This document shows positions 24,775 through 37,800 of a stretch of DNA of 64,000 nucleotides, piece after piece. The position numbers and the translations under genes were made by a program. Each line of letters begins with the position of its first letter. Position 1 is the stretch's first letter. This DNA comes from Lingula anatina (taxonomy: Eukaryota; Animalia; Brachiopoda): NCBI GenBank assembly GCA_051362555.1, contig CM120640.1, positions 68,860,788 through 68,924,787 of the forward strand, read 5' to 3'. Below the pieces are notes generated by a model. It saw only the letters and a program-made list of their open reading frames with translations, was not told where the DNA came from and searched no databases.

Positions 24775-27700
24775 CTAAGTGAATCGTACTTTCTCCAGTC
24801 TGGGGGTCAAGACGTTCTCTTCTGACGCCGGTTGAACTTTCACCTGTCTGGAGGGAGGGCGTTTCTGCTGTTTTTTAAAGCAGAAACTCCCCACGCGGAA
24901 GAGTAGGAGACGGAAGACGTCCAGGATAAGTTCGACAACTTCAAAGAGAGCCATGATGGACAGTCCCACCCAGAACCCAATTTGACCTCCAATGTCAGCA
25001 AGGAGAGCAAAAACCTACAAATAATAAACAAGTTACATGAATTGTTCTTTGGTCCTAATAGCAGAGAAAAATAAAGACACGTAAATGAGTTTCAAATCTA
25101 GTTTGGCAAAAAAAAGATTTGAAAACAAGATGTCCGTTAAAAACTGAATACTGTCTCCAGCAAAATACTTACGTCATACGCAACATTTTCGCTTATTTTT
25201 TGGAAATTTAGCTCTTGAAAATACACCTCAAGTTTCAGTAGATTGTCACTGCAAAAGTAAAGTTACTGATTAAATTTTATTGGAAGAATTTGCCCTTCAT
25301 TCTTTTACTTTACAATTCAAAATACCTTTTTTTATTCAAGTGAAAAATCAAAGGGGAAATATCCGGCCATTTAGCCTAAAGGCATACAATATGCGTTAGA
25401 CCTTTGTACAATAGATTTATTGAAATTTCAGCAAATGTTCATTTTATCACTAAGGTATGCTCTATTCAAAACCGCTGAGCAAATCACGATTTATAAACTC
25501 ATAAACGAGTTCTAAATGTTTATTTGTAGCGTCAAATGTGAAATTCACCCGTCTCATTCTCCACTGGAAGAGAGACTCAAAAACTAAACAAAGATTTGTG
25601 GACCATACTCTTGTGAAATATTATGGATATGGTGTATAACTTGGTGATTAAGGGAAATTAAAATATTGAAAACTTATATAAAGGTTTAAACCCCATTGTG
25701 TGGTTTTAACGTCTGAGTAATTATGCATTTGTCGAGATGTGTAAACCGCTTGTTATGGCTTACCCAGGTTCGGCGGCCATGCCGTTTTTTCCATTGATAA
25801 TGTTATCCAGGTGCGCTCCAGCAGAGGCCAAGGTCGCATGGAGTGTAGACTGAAAGGAAAGTTGACTACGCCTAAAACGTTTGATTCAATACGAAGACAA
25901 CATTGGCCTCCCTTTGCTATTCCTTTTCAAAATGAAATTTACATTTCCAAAGAAAAAAATGCAACCACGTATCACGTGAAAAAAATGCGGGACGACCGGT
26001 TAATACACCATTAAAAAAAATTATAACAATTAAGTATAAAATAACACAACCATTTAAGGCATTTTCAGATCTTTTGATTCGTAGAAATAACCACTTGTCT
26101 GTTCGCCATGGTTTGTTTTCAAATTTCTGGGCAAACAACTAGTTTTACACTGGAGATACACTTACCATGTATTGTTTGGACGGCCACTTTGCCAAGGACG
26201 GAACTCCGGAGTATTCAACATCTCTGAAACATACATAGAGATAACATGTACATCACTTCCTATGTAATCACCTTGTTATTCAGGGATACTTGAGGGAAGG
26301 GGAGGGGGGGCAAGGCAAGAAAACAACCGAAATGTATCAGTTTTGCGCCAAATTTGGTATTTAGAAAAACGAAGAAAAAGTAAGCGATGGTAGTTGTACA
26401 GTACTTACACACATGTTAAAGGACAGTCGCAAGACAAATCATCATCAGCAAACCTTCTTTTGATACCAGCAACACACTCATCTGGAAATGAGCAGACTTC
26501 ATTAAGTGTCATTACGGACAATTCCAGGTGCAGACCTTAGTTTCTTAGCAGACGGACTCAAATTTAGTCTTCCGAAAATCAACTCCTTTCATTTTTTTGT
26601 CTATAATTTTCCTACTCATGAATAATTGCTAGATCGGTGCCTGCACTTAGATTCTGTTTCTCATCATTTCTAATTGAAAATAACAAAGCCGTGAACGAAT
26701 AATTGTTCATTCACAACGCTGAACGTCATTCTGACATTTTAGAGGAAAAGTCGACACCAGATACCTTAATTTGAGAAGCTTTTACCGTCTTTAAGGTCTG
26801 AGTTGGGAAACGTAAGCAGTTTGCATGATATTAAAACCATATTTTGTGTTAAAATTTCTCGTCCCAGAAAAAATGTGCTAATTTACATTTTGTATTTAGT
26901 AAGATCCGGAAAATGTGTTAGTGCTGATTACAATGATTCCCTCACCATCTGCGTCACTAACACAAGGGTCAACAGATTCCGCGGTCGTTCCATTAATGTT
27001 ATTCTTCAAGTCCGAGAACGCTTCCAAGTCCAAGCTGAAGGGATAGGCAGGGTCCCCGCATGCGCATTCCGAAATCACATAGCGCTGATAGCAAGTCTTC
27101 ATACAGCCCTTAAAATAACAATAAACAACGGTAAACATTTCAAGTGCACAATGCATAATAAAATATGTATATTTGGAAACGATTACATTTCTCACTTTCG
27201 CTCTGTATGAACCACTTGGAGCTAGACTTACCGACACAGAATAGTCCACGTTGTGCACGGACGTGAACACACTTTTTTGCTTGCTTTCTTCGGTCGTGAA
27301 ATTGCGACATTTACTGGGATAGGGATGTGGCCTTCGCGTAATCTCCACCTACAATTTGAAATTTTGAAGATGACACCATATAAGGAAATATGCTGGTATT
27401 TATATATTTATTTTTTATTGCGGGGAAAACTGGCTAATGGGCCTATAACATTTATCCGTCATCAGGTTAGCTAAAATTAAAAAAATTAATAAACAGAATA
27501 TACTACGTTAAAACTATCAAAATAACAATAAAGAATATAAGCAAATTGATAACAAGAGCAAAAATAATCTTTTTTTATTTCGTCATACCGTGACAACATT
27601 TTGACATTTCATTGGATATGAGCTTAGCTGAAGAAATGGTTAAAATAAAAAAGCCTGCTACTGCAAACCATTGAATTTAAAGTTAAAACTACTCTTTGTT

Positions 27701-30700
27701 CATCAATATCACTACACCATGACATACCCGCGTCATTGCCATTGACGTGAGGTAACCTGGCGCAATGTTAAAGCCTTCATCCTCGGGGAATGCCATGGAC
27801 CTCTGACTGTGAATCTGAACACGCACCCCAGCGGACTCGGATAGGTCCCCTATGTATTCTGACTGCTCGATGTACATTTCAAGGCTCAGGCCTGAGAATA
27901 ATAAAAATAGTTTCGTTGTCATGAAAACCTACTTAGTGTATGCTGATATCCTTATAGCAGGCGAGACAGGTCGCCTGGGAGTCAGGTCTGAGCTACATGT
28001 ACCCTAGGTTCTTGATTTCAGTATATTGCCAGCTCGATCTTGATTTCATATGTAACCCATTTCAGCAATGCTAAAAAGCTACTATAGTGTGCAAGCTAGC
28101 TTTTATGGTGCCCCGACACTCAGGTCAGTCTGAACTAGACCCAGTCCCTAACGGCTAAGATATGCCCGCTTATGCCCCTATTTCATACAGACCACGAATC
28201 TCACGAATCGCCATGAATTGACAAATTTCAGGATTCGTGAGGATTCGTGAGATTTTGCCAATTTTCTGGTCTAATTCGACACGCCCTACGATTCATTTAC
28301 GATACAGGTGCGATGGTGTTACGAATATTCGTGGGATTCGGCTGGAATCGCACGAATATTGCCCAGAAATTCACTACGGTTTTTTGGAATCGGGAGTTTG
28401 TGGCCAAAATTTTGAACAGCTCAAAATTTTTGCCACGAATTCCCGATTGATCAAGAATTGCAAGAACTGACCACGATTATATACGAAACTGTTAAGAACT
28501 TAACGAACTGATTACGATTCAACCACGAATCCTGAAATTTGTCAATTCCTGGCGATTCGTGGGATTCGTGGTCTATGTGAAAAAGGGGCGGTACAAAAAG
28601 GGTACCGCTCCAGTTTGCAGGTAATTAAGTTAAGGTTGTTTTATCCCCTTTCATATGTTCGCTTCAAAGTGTTCCGTTGCCCCGGGTGTAGCAGTCAAAA
28701 TCAAACCGGTCGATGCAAAAAGACCCAAGTGTTAACTCAGCCTGCTCATAGGAAATATACAACTTGTAATTGATATGTAACTGCACTAGGGACTAAAATA
28801 AAGTTCTAATTGTCAGCGCTCTACAGAGATTTGATTAAAAAAAACATCAAATATTGTGGTTTAACGAGTCGACTCACCATACAAAGGGCCGGCGTTACTG
28901 CTAGTTTCTACGGGAATGCTTGAATCCCATCCGGAATTAAAAGTGTAGCAGTTCCCGAACTGATGATTGTTGAATCGAGTGAAATTTCTAAAACGTTTAA
29001 AATATGCTTGATATTACCTTGTAAGCAAACTTGTATGGCATAAAAAATGATGTCGCCAAATCAATATCTGCATTTGAAATTTAAATGTTGCAAATAATTA
29101 TTAAGATTAGGAGGTAAAGTCTGTGTCCTAGCTTATGATTAATCGTGATTAATAAAAAAACTTACGCAGAGCTGCATGTCACTCCGTTAAAAGTACAGGA
29201 AATAATCATAGTATCCAATTCATGACCAACAGTCTCGCGGGTTGTGTAGTTTAGTTTGGCCCAAATGTTTCCAAATCTTTTCCGCATCTCGAAACGCTCG
29301 TTCATTTGACCCTAGATGTTAAAATACCGTTATAATTTTATGGTAACCAGAATTGTGTTTTGCAAAATACTGTAAGAAATGAAAAACAAAGAAAAAGGAA
29401 GCAACATTTCTCTTTCTTTTGAAGAAACAAAATTTAACCGAATGTGAATGTCAACCCTTTTTCCGTTATCTTGCTCATGCAAAACCTCGTAAACCCAAAG
29501 ACTCACTGGTTTCCGTCTCGAAGTACTAGTGCTGTTTGTCCCGGTACTTCTGCGTTTTCGGCCACTTGGCGGTGCTGGCGGTCCTGCCGGAGCTTGAGTT
29601 GTCCCACCGCCGCCACCAGCAGGCGCACCTGCTGTGGTCTGGCTAGAAGCCTGGCCTTTAGTTGTCCCACCGCCGCCACCAGCGGGCGCACCTGCTGTGG
29701 TCTGGCTAGAAGCTGAACCTTTAGTTGTCCCACCGCCGCCGCCAGCAGGCGCACCTACCGTGGTCTGACTGGCAGACGGTGCTTGAGTTGTCCCACCACT
29801 GCCACTTCCTTTTGGGCCAGGTGCAGCAGGTGCCTGTGTTGTTATGCTGGAGGAGGCGGGGCCTGGAGGACCCGCAGCTGCCTGGGTGGTCTGACTCTGA
29901 CTTGCAAAGGACCCTGCAGGACCTGCTGGTGCTTGCGCACCGCCAGGACTGCTTCCCATTTGTGATTTTGGCGGCCCTAGGAGAGCGTAAACATCATCAC
30001 CAGCGCTTGAAAGCATAGATCTCCTGGAAGAATAAATGGGTGTGTCGAATTAAATCAAATATTTACAATCAAATAGTACAGGCAAAGAAGAGCGAAGAAA
30101 ATGGCAAAATTCACTTTGACTTCCTAATAGATTCCTTTGTTGGTACTGAAGTAAGTTGAAGTAACCGTAGAAAAAAATATATGAAAATGCAATATGTTGA
30201 CACCTAGAACTCTAGACATGTAAATATTAATTCTCTAATCCATACGTTTATTTCCTTTCAACGGGTACCTTTTCTGATTTATCCAATTAAGCCTTACCAA
30301 TTAGATTATAATCAGCTCTGTGCTTAAGAAGTATTGAACCGAACAAGGCTTTTAATGAACAAAGTGTTTGGTAATCCAGAGTCGATTGGAATTATTAATG
30401 ACGGGAAGTAATCCAGATATTTGACCTATTTATGAAATGCAGCAGAATGAATGATCAATTAGTGTATGAAATGTCAACAATACAATGTTACCCAAAATTC
30501 GACAGCCACGTTTGTGGAAAACTTGTTCATTTTTTAGATTATCTTTATTACATATAGCAGACGTCTTTTTTGTTTTATAGCCTTTCAAAAACATTAAAAG
30601 TAAAGAAATGCATATTCAAAAAGTGGAGAACTTAAAAGGCAGGAGATTTTGGAACAGTACCTATATACAGATAGCACATTCAGAGATGCATTTTGAGACC

Positions 30701-33236
30701 TACCTTAGTGGGTTTACATTACAGACAGTGACGGCGGGAAAGTACACTTCTTTGGAATGGGTGTATGTCAGCGTCGTATCAACAGGAAACCTGTAGAACT
30801 TAGCGACCAGTTCCCAAGTCTGATAGCCCATAACACCTAAAAAAAGAAGTAAAATCAACGACTTCAATTTTATCTCACATGTAAAACCTACTTCAAATGT
30901 TCTAGGCATTTTTCAACAAAAAATGCAATTTTGTATTATTTTATATCATACTTTGGCCTGTTTCATCATTATTATTATTATTATTATTATTAAGTCTGTG
31001 TCAAATTTCCCTTGCTGCTGAAATGTCGGTTTTTCTCAAATGGAGTATATTTGTCGGATCGGATTTACATCATTCCTCCAAGAAAAGAATCTCACATGAC
31101 CTGCCTGCTGCAAATTACCTGTTTAATTCTCTGGTACATAAAAGCAATATTTAGCTGAACAAGATGCATGATACCTATGTGAACGCCACCCACATCTTAC
31201 CAAAGCACGCGAGGAAGAGGATAATCCATACTGTCCGTCTGAAGATATTAATGTCAGAGCGCACTATATTCGGCAATCCGTTCACTGGACTGTTCGACGC
31301 CCAGCTATAGGACAGCGCAATCAATGATTCTTGCTGCTTTTTATCGCCTTTCCCCATTTTTTCGAGTCAAAACAGACTGAATAGTTGAAGCTCAGCGCAA
31401 TAATAACATTCAAAAATGCTCACACCCCCGACTGACTATGTTGACCAAAATTACCGCAACTGATATTGTCAGTATTGAGCACGGTGTGTTTTCCTACCCT
31501 AGAGGCACATGAAAAAGAGGGGGGGGGCACCTTCGTTTAATGTAGTCTATCGTGTCATACATCTTTCCTTATTTTTCTTCAAAATGTTTCGAAAATGCAC
31601 GATGAAAGAAAAAGAAACCGAAGGAAAGAAAAAACAAGTACACACAAAGCTCCAGGAATATTTCAACAATTCCTGGGCAATAACATATCCCCTTGGCTAC
31701 CCCTCCTTCCACCCCTGGGGCAATCAATATGAATACTCTTGAACAAAGGTATCTGTTATGACTGGACAAACGACTCTGCAATGACAGGACTTCATGGACC
31801 GTTGCGTTAAGAAAGAAAAATAGACAGAAATAGTTCAGAAATAGTTTAGTGCTTAAGTTGGTTTTGTAGAAGTTTCAAACACAACGCCAAATTTAACAAA
31901 TACTAATGGGGCAAAATACTGAGTGAAAATCAATTTATTGTACTTGCGTTGTTGACTTGACAAACACGTAAAATGTGTTGCTCTCCAGTTTTCTTTTTGA
32001 TCGGGTGTTTAAGTAAATTATTTATAATTATATATTCAATTCAAGTTATTTTCTTGTGAATGCGTACATTTGGGTTGCGTTTGGGTTGGTAAGAAATGCA
32101 ACTAAGAAAGAAAGTTTACAGCAACCTATATGTAGCGCTTGCATTCATCAAAATTGATTAATCGCTACCTAGCTTAGGGTTCATTCTCAAATGAAACTAC
32201 CGTTCTACCTAGATCGATCCAACTCCAATACAATCAGATTAACAGTCTAAGACGCAACCTCGGTTCCAGAGTGCTCTTATAATCATTAGCTTCCCTGTAA
32301 TCTACTCCTAGCCAGGAGGAGGCGTGTTAATCTGTTAATCTGATTGCATTCAGCAGGAGTCCCCGCGGAGCTGGACAGATCTACGTAAAACGATAGTTTC
32401 ACGGGGAATGACCCCTTAGTGTCCGTCAATCTGCAATCAATAAGTGCGAGTTAGTTTTGTCTACAAGCACGGCTATCGTGCCAGTTCTTTTACAGAGATA
32501 TGATGGATGCATAGCAATTTCATTGACCAAACTGCTTTGATAGCTTAATCGCCAGTTTGCCAAGTGCCCGTCAGTCTATAATCAATTAATCCAAGCCAGT
32601 TTTGTGTTAGGATTTCGGGGCGTTAATAGAACCCTGAAGCAAAAAATGTCCCCAATTGTCACGCCTCATTAATGAGATGGTTACATACCCTATGTATATA
32701 CCAGTATCCATGTACTCTTTTAATCGATTTAATGATGTACTTAATATATAAGTATTTGGATTAAACATCAATTACTTTACTGATAACAATATATGCCCAA
32801 TTAGCCTAAAACACTATTGAATCAGACGGTTAAAAACATAATAATAAGTCCTTTTAATTGGTGTTTATCACATTTAGACTGTTTGCCATTGACGTACATT
32901 AAAACCTGATCAATTCTAAATAGAAACCGATGTAAACTGTAGTAAACGAAGTTTTATAGTTGATTATTTAGTGAGAGAACGGGTTCATTGTTTCACAAAT
33001 GATAAAAAGAAATAACTTTAAAAAAGTAGCACGCGCCTCTGTTAGACCCAGAGCAGCGAGAGAAGATAGGAATTCATCTTCAACAAATAGGAAACGTTTT
33101 TAATTTTTACTGTAACTCGGCTGTTTTACACGTAGAAAAATAAGGCAACATACTCTTGCCGCAACTGGTACAGTTGAGATAATCTAAGACCACATGTTTT
33201 GCAAAATAGAACAAATTGTCTTTTTAATAAAATTCA

Positions 33237-33275
<39 letters not shown>

Positions 33276-34780
33276 TTGAACTATAGAAAAAAAACTACAT
33301 GTACAAACAGTTGTCAGATCATACTAACTGCACCAATTAGTGATCCGGAGAAATGGGCGCTTATAATCAGAGGAGATCATTTCACATTGAAGTACATTTA
33401 TTTGAATTACACATGCAATTTAAAAAAGTCAGCGTGGAATAGATACCAGTTATCTAGCGTTAACACTCGACGTAGCTCTATTTGATTGACGCGTGGTATA
33501 GAATTTAAGTGTGGACGCTCAGGACACCTTTACCTATAAAAGATGAACTTCTGAACTGGTTTGTTTATACGATAGATGTTACATCAATCACTGCCCATGA
33601 ATAAGTTAAAGGCAGTGATATGCAATCACTTTGCAACGGCTGAGTTGACGAACCGAAGTTGACTTTTCCATTAGCATCGATCACAAAAATACCCGGGATT
33701 GAACAGCTTATTTGATCATTTGTCGTCAGTCATGCCGTAAACAGTAGGTGATAAAATGAATTTATTTTCACTTATTTCTTGCTATGGGATCTCAAGCTAA
33801 TTGTTCTGTCTGTCCACCTGTTCTTTTGTCTTGTAAGTAATTGTAAATGTGGCTGAAGCTTAAAAGTATTTTAGTATTTATTGTATGATCCCATGCTAAG
33901 GGTTTAGAATAAGAGCGCATTTAACAAACGCAATCTGGGCCATGACATCAGTTTTCGTTTCTTCTTGGCGAATCCGTAATTGCAGGATGAACTTTATAAT
34001 GGATTTCATTATAACTGACATAAACAAATTGCACGTAAACATAGAGATGGAAGTTTAGCCTTCTTTTTAATATATTTGTATTGTGAAAAAAATGTAAGCA
34101 ACCTCAGTAATTTAGTACACAAGTGCTCTTTTGACTGGATTACTTTTGTAAAGTTATGCACAAGAATGACAAACAATCATTCAATTTCTTTGTCATGATC
34201 TTGTCAATTTGTGGTAGCCAACTTAGGCGGAAACCTTCCTTATAAGTATATAAAAAAGAATATGATTGATGCTTTTGTGAAATGCGTGGAAAGGCATTAT
34301 TCATTCCAACAAATGGATTAAAAATACTTCACATTAGTTATTTTTGCCCACTTCTCACCACCAAAAGTAATCTGTACCTTCTAACATCGATGCACTATTT
34401 CTCATTTTATCTTTATGACCGATTCATGTAAAGTTATTACCTGTTTTTGCATGCGATACTGCAAAAATCAGTTTACCTCTCATAGTTTTAAAACACTAGA
34501 AGAATTCAATTACATATGTAATCGTGAAAACGTTGATATATTAACTGCCTTCTGCATCTTTTAAATAAAACCCAGAAATTACTTAATTTACCAATTATTC
34601 TCAAGCTGATAGATAAGCATCATTCTATCTGAATCTTTTTATCTCAACACGCATCACAATAAATGTATCATACCCTACTATTAAAGTCTGTTGCTGCCCA
34701 CCAAACTTCGTTTCCAAATTTGCTCTGCATGATTACGATCAAAGTAATTGGAATGTCAATCCCTTGGAGCCGATGGTTTC

Positions 34781-34816
<36 letters not shown>

Positions 34817-37800
34817 GAATCAATCAATCAATCAATCAATTCATTAATTAATCAATTAATCAATTAACGTTTTGCTCTTACCAAAACACCCTAGAAGCGC
34901 CACCAGCCAGAAGAAGCGCTTGATCAAATTTTGCGACCTCACGACGTTCGGTATTCCATTCACGGGACTGTTGGACGCCCAGTCGTACGCCAAGGCAATT
35001 AGACTCTCTTCACGAGCGCTTTTCTCTGGGTCTTGGGAATTATGATCTACTACCAAGCTGTTTTTGAAAAAGTCAAACTGATTTTTTTCGGATGGATACA
35101 TAGTTTGCGCCCCCGTACTCATCTTGCGCCAACTTGAATAATCGGTTACTATACGAGGCTGATATATGATGGACTTTTAGGCTACCTAGTCAAGTCGTCG
35201 GACCAACGTCAATTAGCTAAATGCTGATGTCTGTAGCCCATTTATAAAGAATCGGAAGTGGGTAATCCATAATTGACGATTACGCCGCGGTGTAAATTCA
35301 AGTATCCAATCTCAAACCCGTAGTCAATAGCAGTTTTCAAACACAACCTTTGTGTTGAACTGTTGTGAATGGTAATAACAACAGCTGAAATTGTGCCGTG
35401 CCAGTTTCTCACCTGGATTAGAAAGATTCCAGAAGAAAATTCAATATAAAAAACTTCAGAGGATAATCGGCGCCATTTATTGTTTTTTTATAAATCAATG
35501 ATGTGTGAACCGTCAATATTCGATTGTAATTATTGAAATATAACTGTTAAGAGATAAGAGAAGACAAGAGATAAAGAATAATTTAGTCAATTAAATATAC
35601 AAAAATTGTTTACCAATGAAATGTAAATTTTCATTTTGCAAAGCACTCAAATTATCAAAAATATAGTACTAAAAAATGTAAAACATTATTTTGCTAGAGA
35701 AGACTCTTTCTGAAGAGACATTATGCTTACATTGATGATATTTACTGTAGTAAAGAAAAGACCGCCGAGTCTTTTGGCATAAAACTGGTCTATCAATGGC
35801 AACAAACATTAAAGAAAATATTCATACTAGTAAAGGTTTAAAATGTACAGGATGTATATTTTTGATAAATATTCTGATTACTGCCACTGCCATATTGTAT
35901 TTTTTCATCAGAAACAAAAATAGGACAAAAATCAGAACAAAAGAACGAAATATATGCAATTACAGAAGACTGGGATTAACTGGAATTCAAATTAATGATT
36001 AATGGCAAAGAGTCGAACTATTTTAGATCATGTTTTGTCACCCATAACCGTAAGGTAAATGAAATGTGTCATGTATGAATAAGTTAGCTGAAAAAAGGTT
36101 GAGAGTTTTGATCACAACAGCGGGATGTGGTATTCAATTTTGTTCTTTAAGTGCATCACCTGAAATCTTCGGATGATCTGGAAAACGCGTTTTGATACAG
36201 CATGAAGGTGAAGTTGACATTGATCCATACGGAAAAAGTGTAGAAAAAAACTCGATCAAAATCCATTCCATAAGCTTCCCCCCACCACCCCCACCACCCC
36301 CAACCCCTCTTTACCAACTCAAATAAACCAGCACAGTATGCACGTGAGACCCACATGATGGTAACATCGACCCTTGTTAAGTGCATGTGTTCGATCTGTA
36401 TCACGTTGACAGGGAAGCATTATGCTAGCACTACAATTCATGATCATTTTCGATGCTTCCTGTTTAGTTTACTTCCAACCAAGTAAAGCGTTAATCCTCT
36501 GTGCCTGGAATTTTAGCCAATACGTTGAAATGACCATTAATGATATTGGTCGATATTAATCGATTTGTGAAAACCTGTAAGGACATTGTGATGAATATCC
36601 ACCTCTACCTTCTCTTTATGATTTTCAATTATTCCTTTATTTGTAATTGTAGTGCCATATGCTTTTCTACCAGTGTGTTTGTAGAAAACTATACCTTAGT
36701 TATACTTATTAGTTAACTATACAATGTTATTGCTAAGAAGCCCATGCGACGTAACAGAATAGACTAGGTTGCATTGGGTCTTTAAACCGAGAAACTGCGT
36801 TGGGTTCGGGTATTATTTGAAAATTATTTGACACAATTACTTCAAAGGCCAAGTTAAGTAAGCGCATTTCGCTTTGAATGGGCCTGTGTTTGCCTATCTC
36901 TTATAACCGTGATTTGCCTTGTACGTTGTAACAGTTACTCCTGTTGATAGGAAGTGCAAACGAAGTCTAAATGCCCAATCAACCTTTCTTCATTCTGGCC
37001 AATTAGATTCTTGGAAATAGAACCCGGATGTCGCAATGATTAACAGACGTCACACTAGCTTTACTTTGATAGCAAGCGTGTTATAGGTTTACGTTAAAGT
37101 TGCCATAATAGAAAAAAGTTTTTAAAGCAATGTTATTGGTAACGGAGAAGGTAAATTGAATACTATCCTGGCTAACAGTGTGCTATACTACTTAAGATAC
37201 CGTGCTTACGTAGTGCCTAAGGTAAAACCCCAGAAACACTGATAACAAGAGACTGCGTTAGGACACATTATTGTCTAACAGTGCAGTTACATATCTCTGT
37301 TTTTTCATCTGTATAACTGTCTTGAAGAGAGGTTCCCGGTAACAGTGGAGTGTATTAGTCAAAGTGAATGTAATGAATTAAGTAGTTGTCAGGACAGGGG
37401 GGAATGAAGAGATACCGATATCCATTGTTTTTATTTGGGTTTATGAACAACAATAAGGAAAAGACAAGAAAAAATTCAGTTTCAAAAGTCCATTATCGAT
37501 TCAGTTCACATAAATGTTTTCAATGGGTAATTAGGCTTATGTTTATAAAAAGTTTCTTTATCACATTGCTTCAACAAGAATTGAGGAGTGAAAGTGATGT
37601 TAGGCTCGGTAATAGAGCTTAAGCTTGTAATCTGGTGTAAATTTTTTATAAGACCAAATGTTGCACACACACACACACACACACACAGATAGATTGTGAG
37701 CTGTGGTGATGATCAAAATAAAATTGTAAAAATTTTCATAACAAAGTCATCACTTGAATATCAAAAGTCCCTCTGTGCTTTAAGAAGGCAGTGATAAGAC

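Noticed and set aside
29444-30018. Overlapping plus-strand and alternate-frame ORFs over the repeat exon
   Set aside because: These are shadows of a GC-rich, stop-poor coding repeat.
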